Below, piece after piece: positions 14,740-23,949 of a stretch of 39,251 nt of DNA. The stretch is taken from the IMG/VR virus record IMGVR_UViG_3300037461_000497, positions 1 through 39,251 of that record, one strand, 5' to 3'. The DNA is from a virus (lineage: Duplodnaviria; Caudoviricetes). Every line of letters begins with the position of its first letter. Within the stretch, counting starts at the first letter, position 1. Both the position numbers and the translations under genes were made by a program. Below the pieces are notes generated by a model, which saw nothing but the letters and a program-made list of their open reading frames with translations, had not been told where the DNA came from and made no database searches.

Positions 14740-16470
14740 CTACCGCTTCGGAAAGTACCCAAATTCAAGCAGTGAGTCAGCCCACGATGTCACGTCGGAG
14801 GCCGGCACCTCCATCTTCACTACCTGCTCACCATATTCAGCAGCCATCTTTGGCGACAGCGTTACCCAATCGCCGGGATTGATCTTGCCTTCGGCCCCAG
14901 ACGGAATGCCACGGTAGATCGTCACCTTGGCGTCAGGCTTGCCGCGAAGGCTTTGCAGTTGCTGAAGCACCCGCTTCTCTTCTCTGCCGACGAATCCCGT
15001 GCCACCGCTGCCGTAATACTGCAGGGCGTTAGGTCCGTAGATATCTTCGCCAAAGGCCGTCGTCAGATCATGCAGCCTAGCGGCGCCGCCTGCGTCCTGC
15101 ATCGGTCTGTGCTGTATGCGATACCCCATGTCGCCAGTATCGAGCAGACCGCGCGGTTGCGCCATCGCCGGCCCGTCGCCGTAGCGCACGATGAGGTCGT
15201 CCAGGCCGCCGAGAATGCCCTCCTGCTTGAGCATGGTGTCCATCTGCTCGATGGGATCGAGCAAGGCGCGCTGCTGCGGCGTCAGGTCGCGCCGCGCCTG
15301 GACGAGACGCGCCTCGGCTTCGCCGGCCAGGCGGCGGTATTTGTCTTGCGGCGATGGCGCCCTGCTTGCCTCGCGCAGCGCCTCTTTCAACTCCTTTTGT
15401 GAATACGTTTTTGCATAAATGGACGCAATGTGATCTTCAGGCTCAACGGCCTTTGTTAGCGGGTTTGCCATTTGCGCTCTGTAATCGGCAATTGCGTCCT
15501 GAATCGCTAATCCTTTTTGCTTTGCAATTTGCCTGATGTCTAAAGCCCTGAATAATGAGCGGACCCTCGCCTCATTAGCCGCCTGTTCAGCCGCAAACAT
15601 CTCAGGATTGCCGCCGCTGGCAAATCCCTCCTTCCGCTGAACCATGTGCTGTAGTTCATGCAGCCCGGTGGATTTCGCTGGACCCGGCTGCAACGCCTCA
15701 TTTAATGCGATCCAGTCGTTGCCAAGCGTGCCCGCTGCGTTCTGCCCCTCCTCAATGAGATTCAGCGGCATGTCCATGATGGACATCTTTTCCGGCGTCG
15801 TGGTGAACCCATACGGATAGGCGCGAGCAAGCGACTTGTGTTCGTACAACCTACTCAGGCGTACAGGCGCCTCCGGTATCGTATTTGCGCGAATTGATTC
15901 CCAGGCGTCGCCGACATTCGGCGCAACATACTTGCCCTCGCGTTTGGCGATCCATTGATCAAGCGGCAGCACATTGCGCATCTGGCTGTCGTCCACCTCC
16001 ATCCGCCACTTCTGGTCCCACGGCGCGCGGAACCAGCCGCCACTACCACCCGGCGGATTGGTCGCCTGCCGGATCGCCTCGCGACTGGCGCCGGACTGCT
16101 CCAGCTCAAACGCCTTCTGCAGCATCCGCAGCTCGTCGTCCGAGAGGTTGGCGCCCATGCCCTTGAAGATCCCGAGCGCGCCGCCAGCGAGCGGATTGAC
16201 GCCCCAGTCCATCGCCACGTCGAGCAGCCCCTCGCCCTGCCGGCGAAATAGCTTTTTGGCTTCCGGCGAGTCCGGCGACGGCATCGAACCGATGGCCCGA
16301 TACCACGTCATCGGATCGAGCAGGCTGCCCAGGAAGCCCAGCCGGTCGCCCGTGTTCTCGGCCCAGCCCTCCAAAAACCCGACCTCGGGCTCCATCTGCG
16401 GCCCGGCCGGCAGGGTGGTCCCGAGCAGGCCCTCGGCAATGGCGCGGCGGCGGGCTTCCAACAGGCTCAT
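14740..16470 (-). CDS. Polyvalent protein: LPD23-like, zincin metallopeptidase (HELQH) and ADP-ribosyltransferase-like C-terminus
   Basis: GWFRAPWDQKWRMEVDDS; HELQH..Q..EGF..GG; YRRLAGEAEAR; VTIYRG...INPGDWVTLS...EFGY; GGAGGAG RBS. Confidence 0.7.
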   Translation of the reverse strand: MSLLEARRRAIAEGLLGTTLPAGPQMEPEVGFLEGWAENTGDRLGFLGSLLDPMTWYRAIGSMPSPDSPEAKKLFRRQGEGLLDVAMDWGVNPLAGGALGIFKGMGANLSDDELRMLQKAFELEQSGASREAIRQATNPPGGSGGWFRAPWDQKWRMEVDDSQMRNVLPLDQWIAKREGKYVAPNVGDAWESIRANTIPEAPVRLSRLYEHKSLARAYPYGFTTTPEKMSIMDMPLNLIEEGQNAAGTLGNDWIALNEALQPGPAKSTGLHELQHMVQRKEGFASGGNPEMFAAEQAANEARVRSLFRALDIRQIAKQKGLAIQDAIADYRAQMANPLTKAVEPEDHIASIYAKTYSQKELKEALREASRAPSPQDKYRRLAGEAEARLVQARRDLTPQQRALLDPIEQMDTMLKQEGILGGLDDLIVRYGDGPAMAQPRGLLDTGDMGYRIQHRPMQDAGGAARLHDLTTAFGEDIYGPNALQYYGSGGTGFVGREEKRVLQQLQSLRGKPDAKVTIYRGIPSGAEGKINPGDWVTLSPKMAAEYGEQVVKMEVPASDVTSWADSLLEFGYFPKR

Positions 16471-16484
16471 GCTAGACTCCTCCA

Positions 16485-16619
16485 ATGCGTGATGCGTTCG
16501 CCTTCGGCCTCATCGCGCCCCTGGTCTGGGCCGCGCTGTGGGGGATCGCGAAGATCCTCGCCGATGGCCTGCGGTCCCTACTGCGACAGAAGCAGCCCAC
16601 CGGCCGCACCCGGCCCTAG
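16485..16619 (+). CDS. 44-aa antisense single-transmembrane protein (MRDAFAFGLIAPLVWAALWGIAKIL...)
   Basis: Extended -10 TGCTAGACT at 16470-16478 ends 7 nt before the ATG; fills the gap between minus-strand genes. Confidence 0.6.
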   Translation: MRDAFAFGLIAPLVWAALWGIAKILADGLRSLLRQKQPTGRTRP

Positions 16620-18629
16620 CCGCTGCAGCCCGGCCTGGATCTGCTGCTGCAACGCCGCCACCGCGGCGCGCGCTTCCGGCGTGTCGATGGCCGTCCCCTG
16701 CAGCGCCTCCAGGATCGCCCGGCGCTGCGCGTTCTCGGCCGCGTAGTCCTTGCCGAGCTTGGCCAGGCCCATCAGCATGTCCATGCCGCCGCCGATCAAC
16801 GGCACCCGGCTGCCGATCCGCGACAGGTAGCTCACCAGGGTCGGCGCGGTGTTGCTGTAGTTGATCGGCGCACCAGCCGGGACCGTGGTGGCCGCCTTCG
16901 CCGCCCGCCCCAGTTGGCGCCGCGCCAGCGCGCCCGACTCGCCGAACAGCAGGTTCAGCTTGCGGTCGCCCAGCTCATCGAGCGCCGCCATGTAGTTGGT
17001 GCCGCTGAACGTCTCGCCGGCCTTGCCGGTCGCCTTGCGATAGAGGTGCTCGTCCACCTGCCGGCGCAGCCCGTCGAGGACCTGCTTGCCCAGCGCCTGC
17101 TGGCGCGCGCTGCCCTGGCCGAAGAAGTTCACGAGCTTGCCCAGCTCGCGCGTCTCGCCGCCGATCACCGCGCGCTGCACCACGTCCTCGACCGGGATCT
17201 TGTCGTCCAGCAACGCTGCCACGTACTTCGGCCGCAGGGTCGAGAACCGCTGTGCCGCGGCCTGCCTGGCGGCCTGGAAGGCCTCCACGGCCTCCTGCGA
17301 CGACGCCTGACTGTAGTCCTCCAGGGTCGTCAGGATCGTGTCCCTGGCGGCCCCCAGAGCGGCCCGCTCGGCCTTGTCGTTGGTCGCCCCATACCGCTTG
17401 TTGATGAGCTGCAGGGTCTTTTCCGCCTCCTTCGGCGTGAACGCCCGCGGCGCCTCGTCGGCGAAGAACTCGGCCATCCGGTTCTTGATCGGTCCCGGCA
17501 GCCGGTCTTCCCACTCGGTGGCCACGGCAGCCCAGTCGCTGCGCAACTGGTCGGTCGGGATCGGCTCGTCCGCCGCGAGCAGGGACCGCGCCTCGTCGTA
17601 CTTGCGGCTCACGCCGCGCTGCAGCAGCCGGGACCGCATCTTGGCCACGCGCTGCGCACGCTCGCCGGCCGCGAACGCATCCTCGGCCTGCCCGGTGGAC
17701 TCCACCATGCCGCGGGCCGCCGCCTTCAGTTGCGCGTTCTGGCCGCGGAACCGCTCGGCCAACGGGTTCACGCCGTCGTCCAGTTCGAGCTTGGCCATGT
17801 TCTGCTCGCTCGCCCACTGCGTCGGCGACCGCGACACCTGCCCGCGCGTCGGCCCCAGATCGCCCGTCAGGCCCACCGCCTCCATGTCGATCTTGCGCTG
17901 CAGGGCCGCCAGGTCGATCTCGCCCGTGGCCCGCAACTGCCGCGCCGCCTCCTCCTCGACGGCCTCGCGCACCGCCGCCGGCAGGTTGGGGACGCCCGCC
18001 TGCTGCGCCGCCAGCCCGACCGCGGTGGCCGCCCGGTTGCGGCCCAGGTCCGACAACTGGTTCCACAACCGCTTGCCCGTCTCGACGCCCGCCGCACCGG
18101 CCTTGCCCACGCCGTACATCGCGGCACCGCCCAGGCCACCGCCCACGGCGCCGGTCAGGGTCTTGCCGATCCGCTCGCCGCCCGACTCGGCCGGCAGCAG
18201 CGCCGCCGCGGCGCCCCCCTGCACGGCGTTGTTGATGACGGCCGGCGCCAGCCCACCGCCCTTGATGACGTTGACGCCGGACAGCGGCGCAGTCGCCGCC
18301 GCCTGGCCGCCGATGCGCCACCAGTCAAGGTCGCGACCCACGGCCTCCTCGTACAGTTGCCGGCCGGCATCGTCGCCCGCCGGGATGCCGAGCGCCTCCA
18401 TGCCGGCCGCCCAGCCGGCGCCCAGTTCCGGCGCCATGTGGCCTAGCAATTGCCCGCCGCCCTGCGCGATGTCCACCATGCCGCGGCCGAACCGCTCCAG
18501 GTCCGTCGGCTGGCGCTGGAACCCGGCCGGCGGCAGCGGCGCCACCGTAGGCGCGGCCTGCTCGACCACGGCCCACTCGCGGCCGTTCCACTCGATGACT
18601 TCGCCCGTGTCGGCGTTGCGGTATCTCAT
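16578..18629 (-). CDS. Internal virion/DNA ejection protein
   Basis: 683-aa Ala/Gly-rich helical protein; last of the ejection cluster. Confidence 0.7.
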   Translation of the reverse strand: MRYRNADTGEVIEWNGREWAVVEQAAPTVAPLPPAGFQRQPTDLERFGRGMVDIAQGGGQLLGHMAPELGAGWAAGMEALGIPAGDDAGRQLYEEAVGRDLDWWRIGGQAAATAPLSGVNVIKGGGLAPAVINNAVQGGAAAALLPAESGGERIGKTLTGAVGGGLGGAAMYGVGKAGAAGVETGKRLWNQLSDLGRNRAATAVGLAAQQAGVPNLPAAVREAVEEEAARQLRATGEIDLAALQRKIDMEAVGLTGDLGPTRGQVSRSPTQWASEQNMAKLELDDGVNPLAERFRGQNAQLKAAARGMVESTGQAEDAFAAGERAQRVAKMRSRLLQRGVSRKYDEARSLLAADEPIPTDQLRSDWAAVATEWEDRLPGPIKNRMAEFFADEAPRAFTPKEAEKTLQLINKRYGATNDKAERAALGAARDTILTTLEDYSQASSQEAVEAFQAARQAAAQRFSTLRPKYVAALLDDKIPVEDVVQRAVIGGETRELGKLVNFFGQGSARQQALGKQVLDGLRRQVDEHLYRKATGKAGETFSGTNYMAALDELGDRKLNLLFGESGALARRQLGRAAKAATTVPAGAPINYSNTAPTLVSYLSRIGSRVPLIGGGMDMLMGLAKLGKDYAAENAQRRAILEALQGTAIDTPEARAAVAALQQQIQAGLQRLGPGAAGGLLLSQ

Positions 18630-20023
18630 CGCACCGGCTCCCAGTTGCCCGGCGGCAGCGGCGGCATTCCCGTCTCACTGGCGGCTGCGCCGGCAGCCTC
18701 GCGCATCATGTCCATCTTCTGGCGCCTTAGCCTGCGCTTTACCTCGATCACTTCCGGCGGATCGCCCGGCACCGCAAAGTAGGTCTGGTAGTACCGCCAG
18801 AACTCGGTTTCAGGGACTGCCGCGCCGGACTCGAAGCGCACCACGGCGTTCAGCCAGTCTCGGCTGTTCGCCAGATACTTCTGATAAACAGGCGAAGCCA
18901 AAGTGTTGGTTGCTGCGCCCTGCGCTGTGTAATAGTCAAAGTGCGACGGCCCGCTCTTGCCTATTTTTTCCTCCAGCTTCTGCAGTTCCGGCTCTGTCTT
19001 CTCCATGCTTGCAACCCAGCCGCCCGCCTTGCGCTGACCCTCGGTCGGCGACCGCGGCGTTTTCGGGTCCGCTGGCCCGCCAGGGACCGGCGCCGCGGTG
19101 ATTCGGCCTTCCGGCGTCTGCGTGTACTCGTAGCCCTCCTTGATGTTGGGCGGCAGGTTGATCGTCGTCGCCCCAGCTCGCTGGTACTCCAGCGCGCGCG
19201 GATCAATGCCCTCCGGCGTGATGTACCACGGCTGGTTGAGGCCCATCGCGCGCTCGGCCAGCTTGCTGACGATCTCCGGGTTGGCCCGCGCAATCGCCTG
19301 CACTTCCGGCGGCAGGGTGGCAATCACCCGCTCCATCTCCATCTGCGCCTGCTGCTGCGCCATCTCCTTGCGGCGCCGCTCGGCCATCTGCGCGCGCCGG
19401 TACTCCTGCGCCTGATAGGCGGCCATGCCACCGATCACGCCCTTGCCCAGTTCGCCCGCCGGCCCGCCACCGGCCGCCATCGTCGCCGCGCCGGTCCAGA
19501 AGAGCGGATTGTCCAGCACGCGGTCCATGTACCCCTGCGGTTGCATCTCGTCCATCTGCGGTGCCTCCAGTGCTGTCATGGGTGGCGACTGCTGCGCGCC
19601 CGGCGACAGCAAGCCCGGCGCTACGTCGGCCCTGCCCGCCTGCGCCACCTGCAGCGGCTTGCCGGCGCGCGCCATCACCTGCCGCTCGTACTCGTCCGTC
19701 GTCGGGAACCCGGCCGGCGCCTTGCCCTCGCCGTAGTAGCCGCGCACGCCGCGCTCCTTCAGGTGCCGCGCCGCCCAGCGCGCCTGGCCCTCGAAGTCGC
19801 CAGGGATCTCGCCGTGGAACGACATGATCTGGAACGGCCCGCGCGCGTAGTGGCCGGCATGAGGGCCGCTCTGCAGCGTCTGGCCGCGCTTGCCCAGGTC
19901 GGTGCCGCCGGTAGACTCCTGCTGCCAGATCGACAGCAGGATGGCCGGATCTACGCCTTCCTCCAGCGCCACGCGGCGAACCGTGGCCTCTGCCTCGCCG
20001 GGCGACAGCGGCGTCGTCAGCAT
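18626..20023 (-). CDS. Ejection protein with N-terminal lytic transglycosylase-like domain
   Basis: GVDPAILLSIWQQES...ARGPFQIM; C-terminal RFESGAAV. Confidence 0.75.
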   Translation of the reverse strand: MLTTPLSPGEAEATVRRVALEEGVDPAILLSIWQQESTGGTDLGKRGQTLQSGPHAGHYARGPFQIMSFHGEIPGDFEGQARWAARHLKERGVRGYYGEGKAPAGFPTTDEYERQVMARAGKPLQVAQAGRADVAPGLLSPGAQQSPPMTALEAPQMDEMQPQGYMDRVLDNPLFWTGAATMAAGGGPAGELGKGVIGGMAAYQAQEYRRAQMAERRRKEMAQQQAQMEMERVIATLPPEVQAIARANPEIVSKLAERAMGLNQPWYITPEGIDPRALEYQRAGATTINLPPNIKEGYEYTQTPEGRITAAPVPGGPADPKTPRSPTEGQRKAGGWVASMEKTEPELQKLEEKIGKSGPSHFDYYTAQGAATNTLASPVYQKYLANSRDWLNAVVRFESGAAVPETEFWRYYQTYFAVPGDPPEVIEVKRRLRRQKMDMMREAAGAAASETGMPPLPPGNWEPVR

Positions 20024-20024
20024 G

Positions 20025-20999
20025 TCAGCGTCTCACCGATCCGTCCTGGTTCCACTTCAGCCGGCCGCCGCTATAGGCATTGTCGCGCCACTCGGGCCGT
20101 AGCCGCGGCGCCACACCGGCATATGAACGTGCCCCGGCGGCTGGCGCGCTGGTTTGCGTGCCCGGCGCGATCTGGAAGCTCGGCGCGGCCGCCGGCAGCG
20201 CGGCGCCCTTCGGCGTCGCCGGCGGGCTGAACCCGAACAGGCTCGCGTAGGGCGAGTTCTGCAGGTACGACATCATCGGCAGCGTCGCCATGCCGCCATA
20301 GGCCTGGCCGAACGGCGAGCCGGTCATGCCCTGCCAGCCGGTGGGCGACGACCCAAAGCCCGCCTGCGGCCGGTACTGGTTCGGCATCGGCGTGCTGAAG
20401 AAGTTGGTCTGGCCGGTAGCCTGGAAGTTCGACGTGGGCCGCCCCTCCTGCTGGCCGAACTGCAGGTAGTGCTGCAGCGGCGAGGCGAACTGGCCAGACT
20501 GCACGGCCTTCCCCACGTCCGGGTTGTTCTGCAGGTAGTACTGCGGATTGAACCCGAACGAGTTGAGCGCCGTGCCGTAGTCCATGGCCCGCGGCGTCCA
20601 GCGGTTGAGCGTGCCGGCGGTGCCGGACGGCGACCGGCCCTCGTTGGCGCCGAACTGTGTGTAGTGCGAGTAAGCGTCCGGGAACGCGCCATACTGCACC
20701 GCCTTGGCAACGTCGGGATTCTGCGCGAGGTAGTACGCCGCATCGAAGCCAGATTTCCCGCCCGTCCAGTTGCTCGGGTAGTTGTACGCCTGCAGCATCG
20801 GCGCCAGCGCGCCCTGCAGTTGCGCGGCGTAGTTGGTGCCTGTCCCGAAGCCATACGGTGCCGTCTGCGGTGCCTGCGCCTGCGCCGTCGCCGTGCCTGG
20901 CGCGCTGCCGGCCGGCGGCATCGTCGCGTAGTTCCACAGCGAGCTGTTGGCCGCCCACAGGTTCGACATGTCTTGTGCGGTGGGAAGTCCGGTATCCAT
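20025..20999 (-). CDS. Low-complexity virion protein with two F(D/N)xxYYLxxNPDV...HY..FG..EGR repeats
   Basis: Repeats at about 20625-20747 and 20430-20552; AAGGAG RBS before ATG 20999. Confidence 0.7.
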   Translation of the reverse strand: MDTGLPTAQDMSNLWAANSSLWNYATMPPAGSAPGTATAQAQAPQTAPYGFGTGTNYAAQLQGALAPMLQAYNYPSNWTGGKSGFDAAYYLAQNPDVAKAVQYGAFPDAYSHYTQFGANEGRSPSGTAGTLNRWTPRAMDYGTALNSFGFNPQYYLQNNPDVGKAVQSGQFASPLQHYLQFGQQEGRPTSNFQATGQTNFFSTPMPNQYRPQAGFGSSPTGWQGMTGSPFGQAYGGMATLPMMSYLQNSPYASLFGFSPPATPKGAALPAAAPSFQIAPGTQTSAPAAGARSYAGVAPRLRPEWRDNAYSGGRLKWNQDGSVRR

Positions 21000-21010
21000 G
21001 TGCGAGCTCC

Positions 21011-22243
21011 TTAGCGTATCCACTGATTGAACAACGACGGCGCTGGCGGCCCGAACTGGCCAGCCCCCATCACTTCCGGCGTGAACAACCCGGCCGGCGA
21101 GCCGTAGGCGGAACTTGAGTTGCCCTGGTTCCAGGCATTGCCGAGCGCATAGCCCATCTGCGCGCCGCCGAGCGCCCCGGACATCCAGCTCGGCTGCGGC
21201 CCCTGCATGGTCTGCTGACTATTCCACGGCACGCCGGACAGCAGGCTGTTCATGTTGTTGAGCGGCATCCAGTTGTTCTGCATCCCGGTCATGGCCAGCC
21301 CGTAGTTCTGGATCGCGCGCTGCTCGGCGTCCTTCATCTGCGCTATCTGCGCATTCTGCTCGTAGTCCCAACGCTGCCGCTCTGCGTCGATCTGCTGCTG
21401 CCGGTAGCTGTCCAGCGTGTTGCCCACGCCCTGATAAATCTGGCCTGGCAGCATGCCGAGCTGGGCGATCTGCGGCGCCATCTGCATGGCGTTCTGCTGC
21501 GCGTTCAGGCCCTGGCCCCAGGCGCCCATCTGCATGTTGGCGAGGCTGCCCGACAGCGCCCGTGCGGCGTTGCTGCCGTAGTCGGACAGGCCCGTCATGC
21601 CCTCGCCGACCGCGCGACTCAGGGCCTGAGTGGCGTCGCCCATCGCCACGCCCTCGGCCACGCCCTGCCGGGTGCCGCCGTACTGGCCGGCGAGGCTCGC
21701 GCCGCTCTCGATGCTCGGCAGCCAGTCGCGCGTGAGGGTGTCGCCGATGTCCTCCAGGCTGCGCCCAAACGCCTGCTGATAGCGGCCCACGTTCTGGCCG
21801 AAGGCGTCCGTGTTGGCGCCGACGTTCTGGCCGATGAGCTGGTTGAGGTAGGGATTGCTCGCTACGTCCTGCGCGTTGAGCAAGTCGTAGTAGCTCTGGT
21901 GCTGCGCGCCGATCATGCCAGGCAGGTAGTTCTGCGCGTAGTTGAGCTGCGCCTGCAGCCCTTCCAGCGACCGCTGGTCCGGGTTGAAGGCGGTCGTCGT
22001 CGCGTACGGGAAGTACTGCGCGTACGGCATCGACTCGGCCACTTGCGGCACCTTCGGCATCGCGCCCAACTGGCTGCGCGCGAGCGCGTCGCCGCTCGCG
22101 TACATCTGCTTGAGGTAAGGCTGGATGGCCTCCCACGGCTCGTTCTTCGTCGAGGTCTGCGTCTGCGACGACTCCTTGGACGACTTCTTGTTCATCAAGC
22201 CGCCGACGACCGCACCGGCTACGCTCCCCAGGATGCTGCTCAT
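21011..22243 (-). CDS. Ejection/pilot protein
   Basis: MSSILGSVAGAVVGGL N-terminus, PW..QPYL, GQYGGTRQGVAEG; Q/G/A/N-rich. Confidence 0.75.
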   Translation of the reverse strand: MSSILGSVAGAVVGGLMNKKSSKESSQTQTSTKNEPWEAIQPYLKQMYASGDALARSQLGAMPKVPQVAESMPYAQYFPYATTTAFNPDQRSLEGLQAQLNYAQNYLPGMIGAQHQSYYDLLNAQDVASNPYLNQLIGQNVGANTDAFGQNVGRYQQAFGRSLEDIGDTLTRDWLPSIESGASLAGQYGGTRQGVAEGVAMGDATQALSRAVGEGMTGLSDYGSNAARALSGSLANMQMGAWGQGLNAQQNAMQMAPQIAQLGMLPGQIYQGVGNTLDSYRQQQIDAERQRWDYEQNAQIAQMKDAEQRAIQNYGLAMTGMQNNWMPLNNMNSLLSGVPWNSQQTMQGPQPSWMSGALGGAQMGYALGNAWNQGNSSSAYGSPAGLFTPEVMGAGQFGPPAPSLFNQWIR

Positions 22244-22671
22244 GCTGTGACCTCCCCATTCAATGCCGGTGCTTCCCACGTCGATTCGCCCGGCGAGAAA
22301 CCGATCTGTGCAGCCCGCCGGCCCCATCCGGGACGCGGACTGACGAACTTCACAACCTCGCAACCCTGCGCTGCCGCAATCTTTCGGAGTTCATCGGCGT
22401 CGGCTTTCAGGTCGTAGTCATCGGCCGCTTTCCAGCCGATCCACAACGTCAGCACGCGCCTGCCGCTGAACGGCTCTGCCTGCGGCAATGTGACGTAGCA
22501 TGCCTGCAGCGGATCGCGCAGCCACAAAGTAGCGATGCCGCTGCGCAGCATGTGGTACACGTCCTCGATCAACCACTGCGACTTCTGGCGTCGCCGCAGA
22601 TCCTCGATGTGCTCACGCACTGCCAGCCAATCGGCGCGCAATGCATCTTGCGTGACGAGGCGCAACGTCAT
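22240..22671 (-). CDS. GNAT-like virion assembly protein
   Basis: Position before the ejection genes; AAAQGCEVVKF.SPRPGWGR motif. Confidence 0.6.
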   Translation of the reverse strand: MTLRLVTQDALRADWLAVREHIEDLRRRQKSQWLIEDVYHMLRSGIATLWLRDPLQACYVTLPQAEPFSGRRVLTLWIGWKAADDYDLKADADELRKIAAAQGCEVVKFVSPRPGWGRRAAQIGFSPGESTWEAPALNGEVTA

Positions 22672-23435
22672 GTGTTGCAGGAGAACATGATGGCGTTGGC
22701 TGGGCCGGGCAGGGGCGCATAGCAGGGATCTGCAAACGCTGCGGTTAACGTATTCATCTCGCTTGCAGACGCAACGTAATCCTGCCACGTTGCAATCCGC
22801 ATGACCCATCCTTTTAATGACCCCCAATACACATCCCAATAGTGACCAAGAACCAATGGATTAGTGTTTGCAACAGTGAACGCTGCCGGTGTCGTTACCT
22901 CGGACGAAGCAGATCCATTCGCCGACACTCGAAACTTACTTGTGTTAAACGAAAAACAAGCAGCGACCGTCTTGTTTGCAGTTGTTCCTATGCTGAGAAA
23001 TGCCACTGCAGGACTTTCAGTGTTTGGTTTTAAATGCACCGCCACATTGGGGTTTTGGTGATACAGCACAAAACCATTCTTAGAGTTCCCTGCGCCGCCT
23101 GGCGTTGACTTCTGCAAAACACAATCGCCAACAGCCGACGCATTGGTGCCGTCAGGATAGAACTGCACAAACCATGTCGCCGCATTGCTGGTGAATAGCG
23201 AAGCGTCCTGCTTTGACAATTCCGAGATTATGTCGGCCGACCTTGCGTAATACATGGCAGGGGTTACACACGCTGGCGTGCTCCCGGTGTCCAAGTCAGC
23301 GCCGGTCAGGTGCTCCCACGCCACTGGCGTATACCCACGGCCCTGCCCTGCCGTATTTGCCGATGTGCAGAAATCCCAGTAGGCGGAAGGCGTCAAGCCG
23401 CCGAGCTTTAGTTCCGGGTAGCAGTTCCTTGCCAT
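22668..23435 (-). CDS. LamG/concanavalin-A-like putative receptor-binding protein
   Basis: Beta-rich; NPLVLGH...LKGWVMRIATW; visibly lower GC. Confidence 0.6.
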   Translation of the reverse strand: MARNCYPELKLGGLTPSAYWDFCTSANTAGQGRGYTPVAWEHLTGADLDTGSTPACVTPAMYYARSADIISELSKQDASLFTSNAATWFVQFYPDGTNASAVGDCVLQKSTPGGAGNSKNGFVLYHQNPNVAVHLKPNTESPAVAFLSIGTTANKTVAACFSFNTSKFRVSANGSASSEVTTPAAFTVANTNPLVLGHYWDVYWGSLKGWVMRIATWQDYVASASEMNTLTAAFADPCYAPLPGPANAIMFSCNT

Positions 23436-23442
23436 TACTTAA

Positions 23443-23949
23443 TCACGCCACCGTGCTGGTCGGCGCCCGGCCGGTCAGGGTCAACGCACCGCGCGCCATG
23501 CTGGTCGCCGTCGCCGGCTCCAGGCTGTTGAGGGACGCCGTGGCGTGATAGCGGCTGCCGTCAAAGTACATGGCCACCACGTCCATGTCGTTGGCGCCCG
23601 TGCTCCAGGTCGGCGTCGTGCCGCCCTGCCAGCACACCGACGCCGGGAAGGTGAAGACCCGGCTGCCGGCGCCGTCCTGCACGAGGCGCAGCATCAGGTT
23701 GCACACGCCGTCCGGCGGACTGAAGATCAACTGCGTCGCAGCCGCGCCCAGATCGACGCGCTGCTTCTGGCCCGCTTTCCAATTGATTGTCAGCGTCGCA
23801 CCGCTGGCGGTGTTGGCGACCTCCTTGCCGTAGTGCAGTTGCGTCGCCTCGGGATGGTCAAGCGTCGCGGCGATGCGCTGCAACTCGCGCAACAGGTACT
23901 CGCCAAGCTCGCCCGAGCCAAGCGGCGGTGGTTCCGGCGTGTATCTCAC
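23443..23949 (-). CDS. Tail-associated adaptor/fibre protein
   Basis: EYLLRELQRIA N-terminus; INWKAGQKQ...YFDGSRY domain paralogous to 26418-26993. Confidence 0.65.
   Translation of the reverse strand: MRYTPEPPPLGSGELGEYLLRELQRIAATLDHPEATQLHYGKEVANTASGATLTINWKAGQKQRVDLGAAATQLIFSPPDGVCNLMLRLVQDGAGSRVFTFPASVCWQGGTTPTWSTGANDMDVVAMYFDGSRYHATASLNSLEPATATSMARGALTLTGRAPTSTVA

Noticed and set aside
14627-14917. Plus-strand ORF with CIWC...CPSC
   Set aside because: Overlaps the attP arm repeat and about 180 nt of the convergent gene; possible but not supported enough to list
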